A stretch of DNA of 61,200 nt from a virus (taxonomy: Duplodnaviria > Caudoviricetes): positions 1 through 61,200 of IMG/VR virus record IMGVR_UViG_3300048574_000463; one strand, written 5' to 3'. The notes beneath the pieces are model-generated. The model did not search any database. It was not told the origin of the DNA and saw nothing but the letters and a program-made list of their open reading frames with translations. The translations under genes and the position numbers were made by a program. Position 1 is the first letter of the stretch. Each line of letters begins with the position of its first letter. This document shows positions 43,689 to 54,600 of the stretch, one piece after another.

Positions 43689-45659
43689 ATGCCAAGCTCT
43701 TATGTTGAAAATAGCCCCGCGCAGTGCTTCACGTTCACGCCAGGGTCTTCCGCGTCCTGGTCTGAAGTTACCGCCGGGACGAACGTCCGTGTCGGGTTCC
43801 TGTCCGTGGAGTACGCGGTGTGCTTCGTACTTCAAGACGTGTCGTTTTCGAACGAGTTGATCACCTATGCGCGGTTCTATTTTAACGGCGCGGGGGAGGA
43901 AGGGGACGGGGCCGGGGAACAAACGGAACTCGTCATGAAGGCGATCCGAGTTCCGAGCGGAACGTCGGTAACATACTCGTTCATTTCCGGCGCAACGCCA
44001 CTGGCCCAGTACGAGTTCGCGGTGGCGTCTGCGGACTACCAGTACGGTGGCTGGTTCGTCGGGGATGAGCTTGAAGCGTTTGTGCAGACCATACACGACG
44101 ACGCTGGGTGGGCGACAGGAGACGAGCTATGCCTTGTTATCTCCAGCGCCGACACAGAATCGACGGCGTGGTTTTACATATCGACGGAGGACTCGTTTTC
44201 GACGACGGCCCTAAACTGGGAAGAAACGACGTACAGAGACGTGGAGCTTGAACTGCCCTTGCCTTCGTGCTCCTCGACCGCATGGGCGCACAGCTCCATC
44301 GATGTACTGAACGTCCCCGCTGCGGCGGATTCCGGATACTACTATTCCCCAAGTGCTTTTTCCGCAGCCGGGCAAGGTCAATTAGGATATGTATCAAACG
44401 CCTATAATTTTTTCATCCGGTTTGATGGCGTTGATATTGCGCAAGGGGTCCAGATAGAGGAGGCGAGGCTCAAGCTCCATGTCGCTACAAACGACATCCC
44501 AAGCGGGATAAAAGTAAATATCTATGTAGTGCAGGAAGATGACGCCGCCGCCCCCACATCTTACGCCGATGTTTCCACCAGGGAGAAAGGCGACGCTGTA
44601 GCCTGGGACGTGCCCACTACGAAAGTATATGAGGGGAGCGACAGCCATTACATACTCTCGGCAAACGTAGCTTCGCTGGTTCAGGACATACTTGACCGTC
44701 CGGGATGGGTTGCTGGCAACTCCATTCTGTTTTTGTTAGAGGACAATGGAACTCCGGCGGTAACATTTACGTCTTGTTCAGTGCATGGAAACTACATGTC
44801 CGGGCTGTATGTTTCCCGCCTTGTGCTTGCGTACTCCTTAAACGAGTCGGTGCTGCCGTCCTTGTCCGCAGAAGCCACAGGGGCTTGGACCGGAAACTGC
44901 TCGGACATAATCCTCCCCCAGATAGATTGTGACGGGGTTACGAACATCCTCTCCAACGCGGACCTGACTTTCCCCGCTGTGCGGATTTGGGATTCGAGCG
45001 CGGAAGTCGTGCCGCCGCCTCACGGCGATGCGGCTCTTGCGCTGCCTCGTTTTGGTATGCAGGGGGAGGCAGGCCCCAACGCTACGGGAACAGTATCCCT
45101 CCCGACCATGGCCGCCCAGGCGCAGGCGGCAGCGAGGGCTTCCATATCCCTCACGCTCCTCGCGGCGACCTCCGCCGCCACGCTGTCAACCCCGGCCACG
45201 GGGGATGTCTCCTTGCCGGTGTTCGCCATATCCGGCGGCTCCGGCGCGGCTGGTGTGGCGTCGGTCCCGGCCGCGACGATGTCCGCCTTTGGGGGGCAGG
45301 GCACACACAGCTACATCGAGCTCCCCCTGCCTTTGGCCACAAGCGCGGCCCTGACTGGGGCGCTCGCGACTGCCGGGCTGGCGCTCCCGGCTTTGACGTT
45401 GACCGCGAAAGACAAGGCCGTTGTCCACGCTACTGCGGCCAACACTCTGGTGAAGCTCCAGGCGTCTGCCGCAGGGAAGCCCGGCGGGGTCGGGTCCGCA
45501 TCCTTGGCGATCCCCATGGAATGTCTCGGGGTCGCGTTCGAGAATCCGGGTTGTGTCGCCGCCATGACCGTGCCGCCCTTCACCGCTTACGCGGCCGGCC
45601 GGGCGGCGGGGCGTTTTGATGATCTTGTCCTGCGATACAACAAGGGGGCCGTCCGATGA
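43689..45659 (+). CDS. Virion protein: two related beta domains plus about 20-aa LP repeats
   Basis: VQTIHDDAGW / VQDILDRPGW duplicated domain; repeated xLxLP units in the C-terminal half. Confidence 0.65.
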   Translation: MPSSYVENSPAQCFTFTPGSSASWSEVTAGTNVRVGFLSVEYAVCFVLQDVSFSNELITYARFYFNGAGEEGDGAGEQTELVMKAIRVPSGTSVTYSFISGATPLAQYEFAVASADYQYGGWFVGDELEAFVQTIHDDAGWATGDELCLVISSADTESTAWFYISTEDSFSTTALNWEETTYRDVELELPLPSCSSTAWAHSSIDVLNVPAAADSGYYYSPSAFSAAGQGQLGYVSNAYNFFIRFDGVDIAQGVQIEEARLKLHVATNDIPSGIKVNIYVVQEDDAAAPTSYADVSTREKGDAVAWDVPTTKVYEGSDSHYILSANVASLVQDILDRPGWVAGNSILFLLEDNGTPAVTFTSCSVHGNYMSGLYVSRLVLAYSLNESVLPSLSAEATGAWTGNCSDIILPQIDCDGVTNILSNADLTFPAVRIWDSSAEVVPPPHGDAALALPRFGMQGEAGPNATGTVSLPTMAAQAQAAARASISLTLLAATSAATLSTPATGDVSLPVFAISGGSGAAGVASVPAATMSAFGGQGTHSYIELPLPLATSAALTGALATAGLALPALTLTAKDKAVVHATAANTLVKLQASAAGKPGGVGSASLAIPMECLGVAFENPGCVAAMTVPPFTAYAAGRAAGRFDDLVLRYNKGAVR

Positions 45660-46114
45660 GCACGCTGGGGATCTGCTTGAACCTCTCAAATCTTGCGGCG
45701 TCGCAATGGTCCGCGCTCCCGTTCACGTCCATGGTGAAGGCCGGGGGGCGCGCGCTGGCGGCCGGACCGACGGGGCTTTTTGTCCTGGGCGGGGACTCCG
45801 ACGCCGGGGAGAACATCGACGCCAGGATCGTGTTGCCCGAAACGGATTTCGGCGTGTCAAACCGCAAAGCCTTGCGGTCAGTCGATCTCGGGCTGGACGG
45901 GGGGCCTCTTTCCGTGGGCACCTTGAGCGACGGGCAACACGCCCGCAGCTACCTGCTGGACGAGGACGTGGCGCGGCGTGCGCCCCTCGGCCAGAGGCTT
46001 TACGTCGGCAGTGATAGCCTGGGCCGGTACTGGACGATCTCCGTCGAGAACCGGGATGGCAGTGACTTTGAAATCGACGCGATGGAAGTCAGCGTCGTGG
46101 TGCGGGGGAAATAG
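45656..46114 (+). CDS. Tail structural protein
   Basis: TDFG....K, GRYW..S.EN.DG.DF. Confidence 0.6.
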   Translation: MSTLGICLNLSNLAASQWSALPFTSMVKAGGRALAAGPTGLFVLGGDSDAGENIDARIVLPETDFGVSNRKALRSVDLGLDGGPLSVGTLSDGQHARSYLLDEDVARRAPLGQRLYVGSDSLGRYWTISVENRDGSDFEIDAMEVSVVVRGK

Positions 46115-48043
46115 ATGAATCCATTAAGCCTTGTGGCCGCGAATCAAGTCAACTCCCAGATAGCGAACGCGCAGGGGTACGCGACGGCCGCGTGGGCGAC
46201 CGCGCAGGCTTTGTTTGGCGATCTGACGGACATCGCCCCGGGGGATGTCAACCCGACGACCATCCCCGACGCGCCGACAGCGCCCTCGCTGGTCGGCATG
46301 CCCGTCGTCCCGAGTCTCGGCGAGGTGGTCATGGACCCTGTGGTCGCGCCTACCGCGCCAACCCTGGCCGAGGTGACCATAGACGATGTCGTCATCCCCA
46401 CGTTTGATGTCGCGGATCCGGCGCTGGTCTTTCCTGATGCGCCGACGCTTACCACGCCGACAGACCCCGGGGACGCTCCGGCGGTCAACGACATCGACAT
46501 CCCCGTCGCCCCCGACTACGACCTCCCGTCCGTGCCGACCTTCGAGGACACGGTGCTCCCGACGATGCCGGGGCTCATCACCCCCAATTTCGAGGGGGAC
46601 AGGCTCCCCGTCCCCGACATCACGTCGCCCGGGGCGATCTTCGTCCACACGGAGGAAGAGTTCACCAGCGCTCTCCAGGACGCCGTGAAGGCCAAACTGG
46701 CGGCTGACCTCGTGGCCGGGGGAACCGGGATCGGGGCGACGGCAGAAGCCGCCCTGTGGGAGCGGTCCAGGCGCAGGCTTGACGACGAGCTCGCCCGCAA
46801 GCGCCAGGAGTCTTCCGCAGCATACGCCGCCCTGGGCGCGCCGTTCCCCCCGGGGATGATGATCGCGGACCTGCGGAAGCTGGGGCGTGACCACGAAGAC
46901 TCTATCCTGGACCTGGACCGGGACATCACGGTTGAGCAGGCCCGGCTAGCGCAGCAAAACGCGCAGTTCGTCATCGAGAAGGCCATCGCCGAAGTGAGCC
47001 TGGAGGCCGACCACTTCAACAATGTGAAGGCCAGGGCCTTTGAGATCGCGAAGACCGCCGTGGACTTCGCGTTCCGCGACGTGGAGGCGAAGGTCAGCAT
47101 CTACAACGCCAGCGTCGCAAGGTTCACGGCGAACACCCAGCTTTACGAGTCCCAGATACGGGGGATGCTCGGCACGCTGGAAGCCTACAAGGCGCAGCTT
47201 GATGGGGCGAGGATCGAAGGCGAGATCAAGGCCCAGCGGGTGGCCCTGTATAAGGCCCAGATCGAGGGCGTGCAGGCGATCATCTCCGTCTACACCTCTC
47301 GGCTTGAGGCGGCCAGGATCCAGTCCGATGTCATCAAGGCGAAGCTGGAGGCTTACGAATCGAAGGTGCGGGCCTATGTCGCCCGCTTCGAGGGGGAGAC
47401 GGCGAAGATCAACGCCTATCAGGCCCGGCTCGCCGGGGAGAAGGCTAAGGCGGAAGTCTACACGTCCCAGGTCGCGGCCTTCGAGTCCCGCGTGCGGGCC
47501 GTGGGCGCGCAGGCGGAGATCGCCAAGACCAAGGCGGCCATTGTCACCGAGAAGAACGCCTCCATGACGGACGCATATAAGTCCGACGTGGCGGCGTTCA
47601 GCGCAAAGATCGACGCGGCGAAGGCGAAGGTGGACGCCATGGTGAAGAGGGAATCCCTGGACGTTGATTCCTATAAGGCCCAGGTCGAAGCCGCGCAAAG
47701 CACGAACGATGCGCTCGTCAGGCGGTACGGGGCGGACGCCCAGATATGGGAAACCAGGGGGCGGCTGGCTATTGAAGACACCAAGCTATTCATGGACAAC
47801 GCCATGCGCCGGGTGGAGGTTCTCTCCAAGCAGTTCCAGGCCACGGCGCAGTTCCTGGCGCAGATGGTCGCTGGGGCGCTTAACGCGGTCAACGCCAGCG
47901 TGTCCCTCGGGTACAGCGAGAACGCCAGCCAGAGCCAGAGCGAAAGCGAGTCCACAAGTACCAGCACGAGTACCAGCACGAGCAACAGCGAGACGAGCGG
48001 ATACATGGAGTCCAACTCCACAACCCACAGCTACTCATATTAA
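46115..48043 (+). CDS. Coiled-coil virion/ejection protein with Ser/Thr tail
   Basis: Pro-rich N-terminus, long Ala-rich helix; AGTACCAGCACG x2 at 47957-47980. Confidence 0.65.
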   Translation: MNPLSLVAANQVNSQIANAQGYATAAWATAQALFGDLTDIAPGDVNPTTIPDAPTAPSLVGMPVVPSLGEVVMDPVVAPTAPTLAEVTIDDVVIPTFDVADPALVFPDAPTLTTPTDPGDAPAVNDIDIPVAPDYDLPSVPTFEDTVLPTMPGLITPNFEGDRLPVPDITSPGAIFVHTEEEFTSALQDAVKAKLAADLVAGGTGIGATAEAALWERSRRRLDDELARKRQESSAAYAALGAPFPPGMMIADLRKLGRDHEDSILDLDRDITVEQARLAQQNAQFVIEKAIAEVSLEADHFNNVKARAFEIAKTAVDFAFRDVEAKVSIYNASVARFTANTQLYESQIRGMLGTLEAYKAQLDGARIEGEIKAQRVALYKAQIEGVQAIISVYTSRLEAARIQSDVIKAKLEAYESKVRAYVARFEGETAKINAYQARLAGEKAKAEVYTSQVAAFESRVRAVGAQAEIAKTKAAIVTEKNASMTDAYKSDVAAFSAKIDAAKAKVDAMVKRESLDVDSYKAQVEAAQSTNDALVRRYGADAQIWETRGRLAIEDTKLFMDNAMRRVEVLSKQFQATAQFLAQMVAGALNAVNASVSLGYSENASQSQSESESTSTSTSTSTSNSETSGYMESNSTTHSYSY

Positions 48044-48054
48044 CGGGGGCGCGC

Positions 48055-48639
48055 ATGTCGCAAGCACAAGGGATCACCGCCGCGCAAAGAGCGGCGGAAG
48101 CGTCGATGGTCAACGCGAGAATCGCGGCCGAAACGGAGAAGGAAAAGGCGAGGATCGCCGCCAACACTGCGATAGCCGTGGCGAACAAAGGCGCGGACGC
48201 TTCGCAGGCAAACGCCCAAACCGGCGCGGACTCGCACAAGTACGGGGCCGACGCTGGCGTGAAAATGGCGGCCGAACGTGAAGCGGGCGACATGGCCCGG
48301 GCGCAGTTGGCCGCGTCGCAGCAGGATAAGGCGCAGACCGTACAGCAGGGCCAGTTCGCCAAGGAGTATGGCGTCAAGGCCGAGACGCTCGCCCTGGAGA
48401 CACAGAAGGCCATGGAGCCGCAGGCCGGGGCCATCTACAACCCTGATACGACCAAGATAGAGACCTACACGAAATCGCCGGGCATCGACCTGGGAGTTGA
48501 CGCCCAGGGGCCGACCTTGTCGGCGGCGCATGCCTCCGGCATTGCCGCATATAATCAGGCGAAGAGGGACCAAGCCGCGACTCTCGCCAGGAAGAAGATC
48601 CTCGAAGACCAACGCAAGCGCCTCGGTTTCACCGAGTAG
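48055..48639 (+). CDS. Putative internal virion (ejection) protein
   Basis: Ala/Gln-rich helical protein immediately before the giant ORF. Confidence 0.55.
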   Translation: MSQAQGITAAQRAAEASMVNARIAAETEKEKARIAANTAIAVANKGADASQANAQTGADSHKYGADAGVKMAAEREAGDMARAQLAASQQDKAQTVQQGQFAKEYGVKAETLALETQKAMEPQAGAIYNPDTTKIETYTKSPGIDLGVDAQGPTLSAAHASGIAAYNQAKRDQAATLARKKILEDQRKRLGFTE

Positions 48640-48647
48640 GGGAAAGC

Positions 48648-51600
48648 ATGGCAGCGTACCCGCAGACTGACGATCCGGCGGCCTTGGCCAGGAAGCAACT
48701 CATCGACCGCGGAACCCCGGCGGCTCCGCCGACGCCTCCGGCCGTGCCCGACGTGTCCGGCCTGGACGACGAGCAGAAAAGCGCTACGCTCATGGGGCAT
48801 TTCGACACCCATGTGGCTGACGATTATTTTGCCAAACAACCGCCGGAGCGGCAGGAGCGGATCAGGAACAACTTCTACGCGCAGCATGCCGGTGGGCTGC
48901 GCCCTGGCGCGGACAGCTTCAACATGGACCCTGATTTGCGCGTGAAGGTGGCGCAGAGCCTGCCGACGCCGACAGCGGTGAAGCCGTTGGCGGACGTGCA
49001 AGCCCAGGCTGCGCCAGCGGAGACGGCGGCCCCGGCCGTCCCGCAGACGGGCAGAACCGCCGCGCAGATCATCCTCGGCCAATTCGCCGACAGTAACATG
49101 CCTGTGAACTCCATGGCTTTCGGGGGCAAGATGCTGCACGGGGCGTACCAGGGGCTGGCCCGGTCGAGCATCGGCACGGGCAAGACCGTGGGTGAGCTTG
49201 GCGTCTTTGCGGCGAACAGGCTCCCGGACGGGACGCCCGGGAAAGAGACCGTCCGCGACGCGGGCGAGGCGGTCTCCAACTACTATGACAAGCAGTTGGA
49301 GGCGTACGCCCCGTCCGACCCCGATCTCCGCAATGGCGTCAACGTGGTGGACAAGCCGGAACTGCTCTTGAATCCGGAATACTGGGCGCAGGGCGTCGGC
49401 GAGATGGGCGGCGAGATTGGGCAGATGATGATCACCGGGGCGGGGACAGCCGCCAAGGCCATGAATAGTGTTGGGCAGAAGATGGTCAACGTCGGCGGTC
49501 GAATGGTCCCCTACACGAAAGAGGTCGCTGAACGGGCCGCGCAGTTTGGTGCGGCCATTATGGGCGGCATCTTTGGTGGCGTGAAAGAGGGCATCATGGG
49601 AACCTACGGCGACCTGCGGAAGAAAGAAGGCTGGACAGAAGAGCAGGCCGCTATCGCCGGGACGGTGCAAGGGGCTTCGACTGTCGGGCTCAACGCCATC
49701 GGAATCTCCGCGCTTTTGAAGAAACTTCCGGCAGGGTCCGCGCTGACGCAGGGCTTCTCCAGAATCTTGAGCGCAGGGACCGAAGCCGCCACAGAAACGG
49801 CGGAAGGCGGGACGGACGCCTACGCCAAGATGTTGGCGAAGTATCTTACCGGCGAGTCGCCATTTCCACAGGACTGGGCGGACAAGATCGTCCAGGGCGT
49901 CAAAGATGAGGTCAACGTCGCGGGCCCGGCGTTCCTCACCGGACTTCTTTTCGGCGGTGGCGGCGGCGTGGAAGCCTCATCGAAGAAAAAGCCCAGCTGG
50001 ACGCCAGCGGAAACGCCCACGTCCGGAGAGGGGGCGCTCACCAAGCGTGAGGCCGTCGACTACATCGAAAAGACGAAGCAGGAGGTATTGAGCAGGGACA
50101 CGAAAAATGAAGTCAAAGAGCAGATCATAGACGCCCTGGCTGAAGCGGGAGACGACCAGAAAGCGAAGGCTGCGCCTGTCGCAGATGAGCTTGTCACCAC
50201 GGGCGCCGTGGCCCCGGAAAGCGCGAACGAGTGGAAGCAGGCCGAACAGGTGCTTGACAACGGCGGAGACTTCCTTGCCAGGCTGGAGAACGAGCTTGAC
50301 GCCAAGGAGACCGCTACCGCGCAGACCCCGGCCTTGCCGTCTGGCAAGACCGAAGCCGATACCCCTTTGCAAGAACAGGCCCCCACAGCGCAAGCACCCG
50401 TCGCCCCGGAGCTCACCCCAGGGGTGGCTGAACGGGCGCAGGAACTTGACACCCGGATTGCCAACCTCACGGCGTCCATCAATCGCGTGGGCGAGGACAA
50501 CCCGCAGGGTCAGCGTTTTGCGGCTAGACGGCAGTCGTTTGAGGCGGAAAAGGCTACGCTGCTGGAGCAGGCCGCCCGTGCGCAAGAGATTTCCCAGCAG
50601 ACGCAACGTGCGCGTGAGGCCGGGCTTCTGACCGACGAAGGCCAGGGGCCGTTCGAACCTTCACGCGCAGTCCCGCTTGAGGACGCGGCGGCCCCCGCAC
50701 CACAAGCGCCCCGGGCGGCGCAGGATATTCAGGACCGTTCCATGGACTGGATGGATGAGCCTTTGCCCAGGGAGGTTCAGGACATTGACCGTCGCATTCA
50801 GAATCTCGGTTCGTCCGTTCGGCAGGCCGGGGGAGAGACGCCTTTAGGCCAAAGGCTTGCGGCCAAGCAGCAAGAACTTTCTGCGGAACGCAACGCCCTT
50901 CTGGCCGCGCTGGCGCAAGAGAGAGAGGCCTCCACCGCTCCTGAGCTTCGTACGCCCGGGGCGCAGCTGCGCGCTGATCTGCGCACGCAGGAGGCTGTTT
51001 CTCAGCTTCCGTCCGGCGAGCAGCAGGCTATGCCCCAGGTTCCGGAGACACCGCAGGCGTCAACGCCGGAACTCCAGGCCATGAGGCAGGATTACAGGCG
51101 GCTTGAGGATGGAAGCCTGGGTGAAAAGCTGGCGAACGCCAGGCCGTCCGACAAGATGCCGCCTCTGGCCGGGATGAGCATGAAAGAACTTCGGCAGGAG
51201 GCTAAATCGCTTGGGGTGGAAGTCAGCAGGTCGTTGTCGAACGAGGACCTGCGGGGGCAGATTGAGGAAGCGCGAAATTTGATGGGACGAGCCCCGCGCA
51301 ACGAAATCGAGGCCCGGGCGCAAGCCGAACAGTGGGGGCGTAGCGAGAAAGCCCGGATCAAGGGCGAAACGGAAGACCCGATTGTGGCCGAAGTCATGGG
51401 GCGCGTTCATCCGGGGAAAGTCACGCCTGAACAGCGCAAGGCCCTGGCATCGAAATACGGCCCGGGGATTTTCAGCAAGAACAAAAGGCTTGAAGACGGT
51501 TCGACGTACAACCCCGGCCAGGGGCTTGATCAGTTGGAGATGGAAGGGGCGATTGCCCATATCTTGCCGCAGGCCTACGGGTCCGACAACCTTTTCACGT

Positions 51601-54600
51601 ACCTGACCGAAAGTGGGCGCGGGACAACCGCCGCCGCACAGGCGGCCGAGGCCGACATTGACGCCGCAGTCGAGCGGATGGCGGAGGAGTGGGGGGAGCG
51701 GCAGAAGGCGCCCAGGACTGCCACCGCAACCGGCCCCGCGCCGGTCACGGCTGACGCCAAGGTCGAAGAGTATGGTGACGCCCGGGACGACGTGCCGTTC
51801 CACCGCACCGACAAGCTGGGTTTTTTCTCGCAGATGGGGGAGGTGCTGGAGAAGCCGGGCATGCTGCCCAAGGTGGCGAAGACCGGCGCGGAAATGGCCG
51901 CCGTCATCGGCAAGCACCAGAAGTCCGGGAAGTTCAAGGGCGAGGAACTGGCCGACTCCGGGATCATGGAGTGGCTGGCCAGCATCGGCGGCCCGGTGAC
52001 GCGCCAGGACGTGCTGGATGAGATCCAGGTGCGCCGGGTTGAAGTGAAAGAGGTGGTGAAGGGCGGCGACCCAGAATACGTCAAAACGCAAACCCTCCAT
52101 TCCTTCAACATCAACCCGGCCATGCGCGAGGCCATTCTGGGCGGCCAGCCGCTCTACCAGAAGGCCAAGCCCTCCACCGCCGGCTCCACCGTCGCCGCCA
52201 TCGAGAAAGCCATCAAGCCCCTCCTGGTCCGCCTCAAGGGCATCGCGGACCGCGTCCAGGTGGTTCAGTCCTACGACGACCTGCCCGTTGGCCTGTACGC
52301 GGCGGCCAAGCACGCCAACATGATTGGCGGGTTTGATGCCGTGTACTGGCAAGGCGACATCTACCTCGTGGCCGACGCCATGACCGCCGAAGAGGCCCGG
52401 GGCCGCTACCTGGGGTTCATCCTGGGGCATGAAGGCGGCCACCATGTCGCCCGGATGCTGTTCCCTGACCCGGCCAAGCGGCACGAGTTCTTCTCCGCCA
52501 TCACCAAGCTGGCCCCGGAGAAGGTGAAAGCCTACCTCGACAAGCACGGTCTCAAGAACACCGAAGCCAACCGGATCATGGCCGCCGAAGAGGTGGCCGT
52601 GGACATGGTGGGCGAGTCCCTGGCCTCCATGAAGGGGGCGCTTAAGTTTCGGATGCAGCAATTCCTGGCGAAGCTGCGGAAGCTCCTGGCGCAGATCATG
52701 CCCGAGCGTTTCGAGGGGGCGTCGGACCAGATGCTCATCGACTTCGTGGCCGGGGCCAGGGCGGCTATCCGGCGCGACGGGGACGTGGCGTATGGGCTGA
52801 CGGAGGACGCGGCGTACATGCGGAAGTCTGAAGCTGGGGCGTGGGCAAAGCAGCTTCAGGATTTTGTGGCCGGGAAGCTCCCCCGGGGTGAGGTACTCAC
52901 GGTGGGGACCACGCCAAAGGTGCTGAGGATCTTGGGAGCGAAGAAACTAAAACTCGTCATGCCTCAGCGTAACGCTGCAAAGATTCTGAAGGATAAGCAC
53001 AAGCTGCCCCTTGAGACGTTGAAGGATATTCCGAGGGCAATAGCCGACCCTGTGATGGTTTTTGATTCCGCTACGATGGCTGATAGCTTTGTCATCCTGA
53101 CGGACTTGATGGTGGGCGGCAAGCCTGTCCTTTCCGCGATCCACTTAAACGTCCCGGAAAGACACTTTTCAGTGAACGAGGTCGCGAGCGTTTACGGGAA
53201 AGACGAAGGGGCGAAGTGGGTAGTCGCACAGATATCTGGTGGGCGCTTGCGCTATCAGAACAAAAAGAAAGCCTCTGAACTGCGAAAGTCCGGGGTGCTC
53301 CAATTGCACAGGGAGTTCGCGGTCAGAGGCAAAGGGAAGATATTCACCGAGGCTGATCTCGTCAATCCTTTTGATGAAGAAAATGTTGATGGCCTTGATT
53401 TTCACCGCAAGGACGCTGAACGCCTCGCGCCCAACGGGAAGCCGGCCAAGCTGAACGCCGTCCAGTACGCCCAGGTGCAAGCCAAGGAGTTCAAAGACTG
53501 GTTCGGGGATTGGGAGAAGGGGGAAGGCTCGAAAGTCCTGGACGAGAACGGGGAGCCTTTGGTGGTATATCATGGCACCAGGGCCGATTTTTCCACGTTC
53601 AAGAACTCTGACGGCTTCCGAGGCTTCTATTTCACGCGTGATCCGGCTTACGCCGAGATGAAAACGTCGCTGGCGAATGGACGGATCATGCCCGTGTATT
53701 TGAGCATAAAAAACCCGCTAATTCTTGATGGGCCGCGTAGCGACCCGGGAACGAAAAGCAGCTTGGCGCTGCGCGACAACGACATTGAGCGGCTGAAGCG
53801 CGATGGCTATGACGGCATCATCAATACCACGTACAACGAGATTGTCGCGTTTGAGCCGACGCAGATCAAATCCGCTACGGGCAACAGCGGCCAGTTCAGC
53901 AAGGACAACGACGACATCCGGTTCCACCGCAAGCCCGCCAACCACCAGGACGACCACGACATCGCCTTCGACGTGCCGCCGTCCGACTGGAGTTCCAAGG
54001 ACGGCATCAAGAAGATGCTGACCCGGCTCTACGCCAAACTGGTCAATCGGGACCAGCCGGTCATCAGCCTCGCGGCCACGGCCGGGCAGGCGGAAAAGGA
54101 CGCGGCCATCCGGCAGGTAGGCAGGATGCGCGGACTGGGCGGCATCACGAACGAGATTCTTGCGGGCAAGGGAATCCCCACCTACTGGCGCGACGGCGAG
54201 GAGACCAAGCAGCACACCACCATGTCGCTGAAGGACATCCTGTCTCAGCTTGGCAACCGCGACACCCAGTACAATTATGAGGTGCTGCGTAAGGGCGAGC
54301 GCATGCTGGCCCTGGCCAAGCACCGGCCCGAACTGACGCCTGCACGCAAGCAGCAGATGCTGGCGGACATCGCCTACGTCAAGGCGCTCTACGGCGCGAC
54401 GCCGACGGCTGCCGAGCTCAAGGATATGAAGCAGCATATCCAGGACATTCGCGACAGCTACGCCGGGGGTGTCAAGGGGGTTGACGAGGCGTTGTGGGCC
54501 AAGCACCTCGCAGACCTCAAGGCCAAGATCGGGGACGCGGAATATGTCCGACTCCAGAGGATATCCAGGCTGCACCGCAAGTTCGAGCGGGAGGCGATCC

